This document shows, piece by piece, positions 1 through 12,000 of a stretch of DNA of 64,000 nucleotides (its first letter is position 1; every line of letters starts with the position of its first letter). A program made the translations under genes and the position numbers. Source of the DNA: Balanoglossus misakiensis (taxonomy: Eukaryota; Animalia; Hemichordata); assembly GCA_040954595.2 (NCBI GenBank), contig CM082584.2:10448190-10512189 (forward strand). The letters run 5' to 3'. Below the pieces are notes generated by a model, which made no database searches, was not told where the DNA came from, and worked only from the letters and a program-made list of their open reading frames with translations.

Positions 1-21
1 AATGTTTGTATTCTCATCCAG

Positions 22-3000
22 CCCAAGTACATTGCCCAATGCATTGATGAAATCAAGCAGGAACTGAAGCAAGATAACATTGCAGTGAAGGCCAATGCAG
101 TTGCCAAGTTGACATATGTAAGTGATGGAAGCCTTGTCACATTTTAATTGAATTGAGATGATCAGGAGTGTGGCAGATCAGAAATGTAGCAGTTTGTCTC
201 AAGTTATTTTGGTGCCTTTATGTCATCGTTTGTTTTATTTCTTTAGTTTCATTGTGTGAACAATATACTTTTAGTTCCCTTTTCCATATATTATACCATT
301 TGACTGTGTCATACATCTACATATATAATGATTTACTGGGTAGATAACAGCCAGTCACCACAAAAGTGCCCCATTAAACTTCAACATGCAACTGCGACTC
401 TAGAGAGCATCTTCTAGAAGCATTTGACCACCTGGTTTTGAAGATGGACTTAATCAGTGGTTTATGTGGGCTGAGAAGTTATGAGGCACACAAAGGGAGC
501 TTTTGATTGAAGTGGGAGGGGGTCCGGGCATATTTGGGGTTGGGGTTACCAGTACATGTATATGGATTTTCATATGCAAAAGGGAGGTGAAAAAGCTGGG
601 GCCTTGGGGTGTAGTGTTCTAGGGAATCCAACCTCTTAGTTTCAGTTTAGGGAGTAGTGGGATGAGGCCTTAGGGAATTTCAACCTAAAGGTACAGATGC
701 ATGAATCATTTTGTATGCAGCACTGGTGTGTGATAGAATGACTATGTATACATAGCTATTGATGTCACTTAGATAATGCATATTGATTGATGTCTTTGTT
801 CTGATCATTAACCTATTGTTCTACATACATGCCAGGATAGCAGTACTAAATGCTACTGCCCAGATAATTGTGAAAACATGCTTGCAAAGTAATTTCAGTA
901 GGTCTTTTCTAACAGGAATTCACCAATGGAAAATGATGACTTATAACATCAGATTAGGTCACTAGCCCGTGAAATTGCAATTTGCATTCTCTTCATCATT
1001 TTAATACAAGACAGAGCATTCAGTCAGTTTTGTTTACTAAACAGCTATTCAATTTCTACCAGACATTCTTTTTTATCTTGCTTTGAGAGGAATGGATTTT
1101 CATATGTATCATATTTGTATTTTAATTATCCCCAGCCCCCCTCCCCCGCAAAGGGTAACTGGGGATAAAAGTCAAGTTATTGATTTTCATGTTCTTTGTT
1201 GCAGATGCAAATGTTAGGTTATGACATCAGCTGGGCTGCATTCAATGTTATCGAGGTGATGAGTTCACCTAAGTTTACCCATAAAAGGATTGGTTACTTA
1301 GCTGCATCACAGAGTTTTCATGAAGACACCGATGTCCTCATGTTAACAACCAACATGATACGTAAGGTAGGAACCTGTCTGAGTAAAAATATTTTTCATT
1401 CATACAGTGTAACACCATGAAGTACAATACAATTATACAATACAATACAATACAATACAATACAATACAATACAATACAATACAATACAATACAATACAA
1501 TACAATACAATACAATACAATACAATACAATACAATACAATGGATATTATAGTTTAACTGACATCCAAACAGCTCACATATACAGTTATATAAAGCAATA
1601 TTCAAAATATGGTCTCTGATTTTCCTGCAAATGACTTAATTAATTAATAATGGATTTATTTAATTAAAATTAATAATGAATTTACATTATAGCTTTGGCG
1701 TATTTGATATTTTCACTGTGATCATGTCTTCCTTGATGTCAAATTGTAATGGTGTTGGGATATGATTTTTTCTCTCTTTTCCTGCATTGCTATTGTGTCC
1801 CTGTACTCATGGCACGGCCATCTTTGCACGTACAGGATTTGAGTAGCCAGACTCAGTTTGAAGTCGGGGTAGCCCTCAATGGTTTATCCTGCTTTCTGAC
1901 TGCTGACCTGGCCCGTGACCTAGCCAATGATATCGTGGGTCTGGTAAGTCGCAAGGAGATGCGAAAATGCAACGTCCATGCCCTGGTGTTTGTAAGTTAT
2001 TGAAGAAATACCTGGTGGGTTTTAATGATGAGGTGGGAATCGGATGTTGGATTTAGAACTGTATTTGTGTCACACAAGCTGGCGGTATTTTTGTCTGGCC
2101 GTTTGGTGAGGAAGGTCGAATAGGAGGAACATCTGGCGTGATATGAGCAAAATTTTATTGATTTATAAGTGTAAATTAAAATTGACACCTTCTGATATGA
2201 CAACCATATTGTGTGTACATTGTTTGTGCATAGTCCCAGCGCTGATATTAGTGCAGGAATAAACAAAAGACCGTCTTCCCCTCATCAGAACTCTGGTATT
2301 TCTTCAATTGCAACGACCCCTGTCCACACCTGCTCTACCCCTGGTCACCATAGTGGTAGATTATTCTAGTTGTATCATTGTGCGTGCGTGTGTCTGTGAT
2401 CACTTTTCCCTATCCCCTTTTCCAGGATATCAATAGTGCCACACAGTACGACGCTGGTGTCGCTATGAATGGTTTAGCCAATTTTATGTCAGCTGATTTA
2501 GGTAGAGATCTTGCCAATGATGTCATGACTTTGGTAGGTTGCCGTGGCAATTTTTACTTTTTTGTTGGAGCACTTTAACAGCTTGCATGAAATTTCAATG
2601 GGTCCCGTTTAGTCATTTTTCTCGATGTTGCATTGATATTAAAAATACATGTCTGTAACTGTGTGTACAACAAGAAAATATTCAAAGAGAAAATGTTCTG
2701 TCAGATGCTTAGCTCATCCAAGAAACACTATTTCATACATGGGAAAAATGGCATTGCTTGTAATCATTCAGTTACAGACTGTATTTTTAAAGGGTCATTC
2801 TTGTGGTACATGTAAAGACTGTATTTATAATCGTTTTCACCTTCACACTTTGGCCCATCCTATGATCCCCATTGTGTACAATGGTGTGGTTGGATTCATT
2901 TACAAAGAAAATGGGGGTGATAGGGTGAAGGTAGTTGTGGCTATGATGCACAATATATGCACATGTCATGAAAAACTAATTTTCCTACCGCTATTTGATA

Positions 3001-6000
3001 ACCTGGGAATGTTTAAATGAATTCCAGGTCTTTTTGCTGATTTTAGTACTAGTCTGATGTTTTATATTTAAATCTGAAATTTGCTGTATTTGTTGGACCT
3101 CAGACTATGTTTAAAATTCTAATACAGAGACATAGTCAGACAAAACAGCATTGGATTATAAACTTCTTTGTTTTGTTTTACTTTGACAATCAGATGGCAT
3201 CGACAAGACCCTACGTGAGAAAGAAAGCAGTACTTATTATGTATAAGATATTTCTGAAGGTAAGCACAATAGAGTACTACTGTGTGTTATGTAAGAATCA
3301 TCATATTTTTCCCCGCTTTCTCTGTTTCTGATTTGGAAGGAAACATGAACTGGCAAACTTGGATTTCACCCGAAATGCAAATCTTTTCAATGTTTCAGTT
3401 TCCCGAGGCTCTGAGACCAGCGTTTCCGAGACTGAAAGAGAAGTTGGAAGACCCCGATCCAGGTTAGGATCATTAAACAGTTTATTTACCTACATGTATT
3501 ATGCCCAAATATGGAAGAGATTATAATATATTCAGGATCATATACCCAACCCGTTATTTTGCCCTCAGAAGAGTTTTCTCCCCCAGTAGAGTTGACTTGT
3601 CATTTTCACATTCCCCACAGGTGTACAATCAGCAGCTGTCAATGTCATATGTGAATTAGCCCGGAAGAATCCCAAGAATTATCTCTCCTTAGCTCCACTC
3701 TTCTTCAAATTGATGACCAGCTCAACCAATAACTGGGTGCTCATCAAGATCATTAAACTGGTAGGTTGTTGTCAACATGGAGTAGTGTTAATTGCAGCTA
3801 TTAGAGGATTTGTGTGACAGTGTTGCTTTGAACAACCTAGATCATCACAAAATATACAACACTCTCAATGTTCAACAGCCTATATCACAATAGTGTGCAG
3901 TGTACCATTATTTCAGGACAATTGTAACTCTCATGTACTTTTAAACGTGATGACCAGTTTTGTATGGTGATACATGTCAGCACATTTCATTCTTGTCTTA
4001 CTATTTGTAGTTTGGTGCATTGACACCCCTGGAGCCCAGGCTTGGTAAGAAACTCATAGAGCCTTTAACAAATCTTATTCACAGGTAAGTATCTTTGGTT
4101 TCATATTCATAGCTGGCAAACTGCTTACGGTGGATCTAAATTATATACGCCATAGCCAGGACTAATCCATACTTTTGTTGGCATTCCTTGTCTCTCATTT
4201 CAGCACTTCTGCGATGTCGTTACTCTACGAATGCATCAACACAGTGATAGCAGGTGAGTGTGTTTCAAACTAGACATACGCATGTATTTGCATGAAGAAA
4301 ATTTCCGTCTTGATGTAGGTTCGTTATATGCTTGACCTTCCCCGACTGCACGGGCTGAGAGACTGTTGCATGCGTCATCCCGACACATACCCCCTCTCCG
4401 TCATCCGTGCGTGTTGTAAAGTAGATGATGTGCAAATGAAGCAGTCATTGCAGTGTGCCAGCAAAGTAGAGAATAGGATAGCGTGACATTGTTCAATTGT
4501 TTTCCCTCTGTGTGATTACATTCTGCTGTGTGCTGTGAAACAAATTTGTGCTGCATTGCATTCCGCAAATCATGTTGCCATGAATATGCTATTGGTTGCC
4601 ATGGTTATTTGATAGATTGTTATCTTAATTTGAACAATAATTCATTGATGTTTTATGATGTTGCTGTGATTAGAGATGTGTAGTTAGAAATGATGTAGTA
4701 TGTACTCTGCTCTGCCTCCATCTAGAGAGACAATACAGTATCAGATTTTATCTTAGTTTTCTGAGTGTGTTGTGGCTCTTAGATTTGTGGCAGGCAGAGA
4801 ATACATTTAGCTGTATGCCAAGGAACCAAGATCCAAGTTCTCTTTATATGCACTGTGCTAGCCATTCAGTAAATAGTGAAATTTAATAAATAGTGATGCA
4901 GTTCGTTGGGGTTTAAAACTCTGGTAAGTTGAGCCGTGTACTGGGTGCCGTAGGAGATTGACATTGACTAGTGGTCGCCATTGTGTATATAAGAGAGAGC
5001 AACTTGGATCTTGGTTCTCATAAACGCTTGGGGATGAGGTTAAGATACCTTGGGATTGGTGATCACCTCACCACTTGGCACCATGTCCGCCACCACCACC
5101 ATCATCATCATCAGCTTTGCCCGACCCATTTTGGCCGCGCTGTGCTTGATATTTAGAACACCAGTGACTACCACTGTGCTTACGGTATACTGTTCTCTCT
5201 CTCTCTCTCTTTCTCTCCTCAACTTACAGTTTTAATTTCCTTGTCCTCAGGAATGCCAAACCACTCCGCCTCAATACAGGTACATTGCAAGTTTGTGATG
5301 TGTTGTGCGACAGCGTGTTATACATATTCATGCCTTTGAGCGATCCGCCCGGCCCGGCGCCAAAGATCCGATCCAGGCAAAATCTCAGTCAGAGTCCCTG
5401 ACTTGAAGACTCTGGGGCCTTTTATCAATCTCCGTTGTGCTCTTTGAGTTGTGTACCTTCCCACTATAAATGAACCAAGGCTGGAAAGTATAATCTTCTT
5501 GCCCCGTTTCTTTATTTTCCGTGCATTTTCTTCACACGTTAATTGTGCTTGTTTGTTTGTTTAAACTCGATTGGTTGTAAGGTGTCATAAAAATGCGCTC
5601 TGTAAAAATTTGCCTGGAAGGTTAATGTACATTTATTTTGCCCTTTGTCTTTTGACTGCATACAACTTTTTTGCTTTGCCAGTCTTTTATTTGCACTTAT
5701 TTAATTGTTTGTAATTGCAAGCCATGTGTTCATGCCAGCTTCGCCTTGCCACGATTTTTGCTATCGATTTATAACCAGACTAACAGATGCTTGAGCTAAT
5801 GCTTGGAAATGTAACCACAGATTAAAATGTTCAATAACACAATATATACCATTATCAGTATAAATATGATAACTGTAAAATATTGTTCATTTTTACGAAT
5901 AATTGAATCTGCATGTCGACATCTTGTAGAACCTCCAGGTAAAATGAATGCTGCTTCTATTCTAACACAAGAAATTATTTTTGTATTCTAATTGTTTCAT

Positions 6001-9000
6001 GCCGTGCTATATACAGATTCTATGCACTGTGATTAACCACTTAGTTCAATAAGAAATCTATAGTTAGGTTTTTAAATCTAACCATGTGTACACTCTATTC
6101 AAATCTTGATTTATCTGCTTCTTATTCTTTGCTAACATGTCTTCAAGTTTCTAATATTTCTGTGGAGATTGATTTTTGGATCAAGAATAACCCAACTATT
6201 GAAAGAGAACAAAAATGTTGTGATGAATGAGTAATCTTTGAGTTTTGTGTTTCGAACTCACCTGAATGATCAAACTAACCATTGAAATAACACTGTTTAG
6301 AACCGTTATTGTAATGGGTGACTTTTGAGTCAGTGTCTTCATTTGAGAGAATCTGATTACACAAGGTCTAGCCTAACCCTACAAACGAAAGTGTTTTAAA
6401 TCATCATGACTGATATGCTTTGAGAATTTCTGTGGTTGATGATGAAAATGTGTCGACGGTGAAATATGCAAGAATAGAATTTCTGCTGTGTGGCATAGTA
6501 TTGGTGGTTTTTAAGTGAGATGTTATTTTGTTAAAAAACAGATAAGTTTAATATCCATGTGAAGCAATCCGGGGTTGAATTCAAGAAAACAAAATGGCCT
6601 ATTTTTATCCCCTGCTATAATTCGGTGAAGGGTTTGTAATGATGTGCTATTATCTGGTTATTTGGTGGGTTACTTGCTTAACTAAGGGGATTTCTGGTGT
6701 GACTGCTTTTTGAAATTTGAGCTGATGGTATGCCTCTTCAATTCGCTTTTCAGCTGTGCGTGCAGAAACTGAGGATTTTGATCGAAGATTCGGACCAGAA
6801 CTGTGAGTAGAATCAATAAGTACTGCAAAATTCTTGTTTGGATTCTGCTATAAATGCAGTGAAAAAAAGTCTAAATAATGTTTAACTCCCTTTCTATCTT
6901 GACAGTAAAATACCTGGGTTTGTTGGCGATGGGGCGGATCCTGAAGACTCACCCAAAGTCTGTGCAGAGCCACAAGGATCTTATACTGCAGTGTTTAGAT
7001 GACAAGGATGAATCGATCCGACTGAGGGCCTTGGATTTGCTGTATGGCATGGTGAGTGTAGTCAGCAAGGACTTGGGTTGATAGTTGTGGTGTTTTGAGT
7101 TGCTTTAGAACTGGAGTTGGGTTTCTTGTATATATGCTGGGCAAAGGGGGGGGGGGGGGGTTTGCTGTGCAGAGAACATGTGTGTTTGGGTGGCCGGAAT
7201 GCAATGGGCAGATTTGGACAACCGTGTGTTTTGGAGGCCGTAGTGGGCAGATTTGGACAACTAACCATCAGTCAGAACTGGACTCATCTGCGTTTTAATT
7301 ATTTTCTGACCTCAAGGTTTCCAAGAAGAATTTGATGGAGATCGTGAAGAAACTCATGATCCATATGGACAAGGCAGAAGGCACACAATACAGAGATGAA
7401 TTATTGTCCAAGATAATTCAGATTTGTAGCCAATCAAACTATCAGTATATCACCAACTTTGAATGGTATGTACGCAACAGTGCTAATATTACTCTTTTCA
7501 TTAAAAATATTTTCTACTGACTATAAAATCCCAGCATCGTAGTTTGATTATAAAAATGTCTAATATATTTCAAAACAGGATTTATTTTTGATATCACACT
7601 TCTGTCTCGCTGTGATCATTTAGGTATGTGAGTATCCTGGTGGAGCTGACTCGAATAGAAGGTACAAGGCACGGTCAACTCATCGCGTCTCAGATGCTAG
7701 ATGTGGCCATCCGGGTCAAAGCAATCAGACATTTCACCGTTTCCCAAATGGTAAGGTCATTGGGTGTATGTAGACCTGGTATTTTGCACAGTTTCATGGC
7801 CAAGTCAAGGTCATCATCTTTTGATGTACACCATGGTAAAAAGTAAAGACACATCATCAAAGTATGTGACAGGGTATGAATCACTTGATTGAATGCCAAA
7901 ATCACATGATGTGAACACCCATATCATATGATATGATATGATGATGAAATGTATTGAAATGTGAATCTGTTTATTGAAGCCTGGTAACGCTTGCATTTGT
8001 CCACCAACAGGCGCAGTTACTGGACAACTCTCATCTACTGGTGGGTTCGGCCACGCACAGGAACGGAATCTGCGAGGTGCTCTACGCGGCCGCCTGGATC
8101 GTGGGCGAGTTCTCGGAACACCTGTACGACCCCCGGGCGACGCTGGACGCCATGCTGCGGGGCCGGGTGACCAGCCTGCCGGGCCACATCCAGAGCGTCT
8201 ACGTGCAGAACACGTTGAAGCTGTACAGCCACGTCCTGGTCGCCGCGGAGAAGGATGGAGACAGCGAGCAGATCTCGCAGATCACTCAGATGATGATCGA
8301 GCGACTGCCGATGTTTACTGAGAGCGCCGACTTGGAAGTTCAAGAAAGGGTGGGTGTCTTCTCTGGGTTTTGCTAATGCTATAGGGAAACACTGTCTTGG
8401 AGACTTATAGGCATGCATCTTCTGGTGTTACAGGTCTGAATGGCAAGGAACAGTATAAAAAATTTCAATGTCTTAGCTTCCTTCTATCATTTTCTTCTCG
8501 TATTACAGGCCTGCTGCATTCTGCAACTCTTCAAGTACATTCAGAAATTACAGGCCAAGGATGTGGCTGTAGGCGAAGAAGTGGCCGCATTATTTGAAGG
8601 TGAACTCAATCCTGTGGCTACCAAGGCGCAGAAGAAAGTGGCCGTGCCAGAAGGGTGGGTTAATAGGAGTTGAATAATCCCTGATTTACATATTCCACAT
8701 ATGGTTAAAAGGGTGTGTCTAATTAGGAATACAATCAATCTAATTTACATAATGCCCATATATGGTGAATTATGCTCATGTATGGTAATAAATTTCTTTC
8801 TGTAGGTTGGATTTGGACAAATGGATCAATGAGCCGCCATCAGACAGTGAGGAAGAGCATCTTGCCGAGGCGCTGTTTGTGACAGGACAGGCTGCTGAAC
8901 ACAGGTAGTCATGGACTTTCTTTTATGCAAAAAAGTTGCTACATTGTGGAACACAGGTGCTAAGTTTTGGCATATTAATTAGTCCCAGTACAGTGATTTG

Positions 9001-12000
9001 TCTCAGATTCACCAATCATTGAGTCTGTCCCATGGTGTAACCATCAAGTTTCACATCTAGGTATATCCTCCAACAAAGTACAAAGAAATACGAAGAATTG
9101 GACGACGACGAGCTTGCCAAACGCCGGGCGGCACGCCGCGAAGAACAGAAGAGCAATCCGCACTATTTGAAAGCGGATCCGCCAAAGGGCAAGATGAAAG
9201 ATGGCCTGAATGTAGATGACATTCCCTATGCCAAGCTGGATATATCGATTCCACTCCATGTGCCAGGTCAGTCTTTCTTTTTCATGCCGTGATATGAAGT
9301 GTTGCTGTCGTATTAGAATACCCACATCCAATCACAGTATCAAAACGGAGGGTCTGCACTGTGGCCCGATCCAGCATGGCCGACTGGTGGCAATCACTAT
9401 TTCTCCAGCATGCGCAGTGCATGTTGTGATACTGCGCATTGGCGTTACTTCTCGTATGTGTGATATCGTGTTATGGTATGTGAAGTTCTAGCCAGCATTC
9501 AGTTATATGAAGAACAAAACATGTTTGTCCGGGTAGGCTTGTGCTTTATAGGCAACATGCTGGACTAGCCTAGGGCTGGTCCTAAATGTCATCACACGTA
9601 GGGCCCACGTGCATACATTACGTGAGATCTGAGCTTGCCTGGTGGTACGCTATCAAAGTTGGCACCTGGGTGGAGTACATGTAGGTGACCTTGAGGAGAT
9701 GACACCAAGGTAGGGTTAGTGAAAAATGGTATTGGTGTTCTGAAGTGAATAAATAGATACCAGTAGTGCCCAGGCAAAGTTTGTGTGGTATTTGCCTATA
9801 TTCAGACATGACATAGTATCCCTGTTTTGGCAACCCATAGAGTTGTGACTGGTGAGGGAGAGAGTAAGTACCCTTGCCTTGTGGTTGGGGTTAGGGGCCC
9901 AAGTTCCACATCTAGTTGGTACCGTGTTAATGAGGGATAGCACCTATGAACAACTAGTTTTGAGAGGAACTGTCTTATTTGTTGCCGTGACCTTCATTTG
10001 ACCATGCAACTTCATTTGATCATTCTGTTTCTTGATGTCATCTCTCGATGTTTCTCTCTATGTCATCTGTATACACGCGATCATTTCTTTGAGCATGTTG
10101 AAGTGCTATCATCCATGAGACGCGTCTAACTCTAACTTCTCTTTTTTTTAATTTGATTTCCATCGTGATGCATGTTCCATGTTTTTCATTGTAAGATTCA
10201 TTCTCTAGTTCTCACCCATATATCTCAAGACATCTCGCATCTCGACTAATGCTACCCTAATCATTTCTAGGCTTGAAACGTAAAAAGCTTTCTTCGGGTG
10301 AAAGGAAAGGATATAAATCTGCCTATTCTCATATCCCAGGTGAATTTTTTCACTTTATTTCGTTCTCTCCATTGTCTTTAATTTTTTTTTCCATCCAACT
10401 CTTCCACCCTTTGTTTTTGACCTGCAGAAACAAAAAAAAATGAAACAAGCTAACCAAAACATTTCATCAAATTTCTAACGTCCTCGGCTCCATAGTTCTA
10501 GAGGGTCATTCTTGTAAATATCTTTGGGTGCAAGAGTTCTAGGCATTGTATCTTACTGTGATTTGTTGATGTAAAATGTGTTTTGTGACATGTCTGTCGT
10601 TTTCCAAACTTCTCTAGACCCTTCCCTTCCATGCGCAAGCAGCGCAGCATTTACCAGCACCAAGATCCAGAGATCACAGACTGGGCCTTTAAGCCTGTAG
10701 CGGTTTCAAGTTCTTTTTATTTGGCCTGTCATTGTTCCACCCCGTCCTCTTTCCAGCCCAAGGTGACCTTGAAATCTTTGAATGAGTTCGGTGGAATGTC
10801 TCGTGCCAGGGGTTGATGTTAGTTGTAAGTTACAGTGGTGTGTTAAACTAATAGGTGTTTGTAATAAAGTATTGCTAGATTCTGCCTGCCCCATCCGGTG
10901 ATGATGAATCAACTCATCGTGTGAAAAAGGTTCTGTGGTTTGCTCTTTCTGTGCTCAGGAATGACGGTGACAGATAAATACATGAAGGAACAGTCGAAGA
11001 GAGACAAGCGAAAGAAGAAGAAAAAGAAGAAGGGCAAAAAAGGTCGGGATGTGGAATCGGACGAAGATATTCCTGTTATGCACGAAGTGGATACAACAGT
11101 TGATATGCCTGATGTAAGTCCAGCTTTGCAACTGAAACTACACCGTGTGTAAATTTGTAGTCACAACTGAGCATATGACCAGTGTAAAGTAAATTTGCAA
11201 TGATGTGTCATTGTTTTTCAGGGTGCCACTTTGAGTGAGGGAGAAGAGGAACACATGGATCCTGATGATCCACACAGAGCCTTGGCTGACATTGACATTG
11301 ACAAGTAAGTAGGAAAGGAAGTGGAGGGGTTGGGAGGGGGTCGGGAGAGACAGATAGACAGACTGACTGACATAGAGAGAGACGCACACACACCGGAAAA
11401 ATGCAAACAAGTTTGTATTCTTTACAGTTGTTCCATCAAGAGTGGCCTTTTCTTCACCCGCTCCTGAATGAATATGTATAACAAGATCAGTTGTACTTTC
11501 CCTTCTAAAGTTGATGATGTTCGCATAAAAGAATCTTTTTTTCCCCATCAACCAGGCCATTAGATTCGTCGGAAACGTTACCAGTACGGACTCACAGAGT
11601 CGTGGAAGGGGCGCCCACAGCATCCACAAGCACTGGATTAAAAATTGCCGAATATAAAGCGGAAGATGCGACAGTGGATGGAAAAACAAAGAAAAAACAC
11701 CACCACCATCATCACCATCATAAAAAGAGAGACGAAAAAGAAAAGAAGAAAGAAAAGAAAGAGAAAAGGGTAATGTCATTAGAAGTTATTAGACTCATGT
11801 TTTAACTTCTTTTGGTATTATTTCTGTGAATGAGGTCGGGGATATCACTGCCGGTAATGTTTTATTTGTCAACATCAATAATAATAATCATTCATCTCTT
11901 TTATGACCAGGATAAGAAAAAGAAGAAAAGGGCATTGGAGGAAGGGTACGAAGAGGCTGGCTCAGGCGTTGCGAATGTGGAAGAGAATCTAATGGGTGGT

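Noticed and set aside
1338-1605. ORFs with repeated YCIVL
   Set aside because: They are translations of the (TACAA)n microsatellite.
5341-5376. GC-rich 36-nt stretch reading RSARPGAKDPIQ
   Set aside because: It would need a GAG acceptor and a weak GC donor; unsupported.
7180-7261. Short imperfect tandem duplications (about 39 bp here, about 54 bp at 30660-30755)
   Set aside because: Ordinary intronic slippage duplications; two copies only, not an array.
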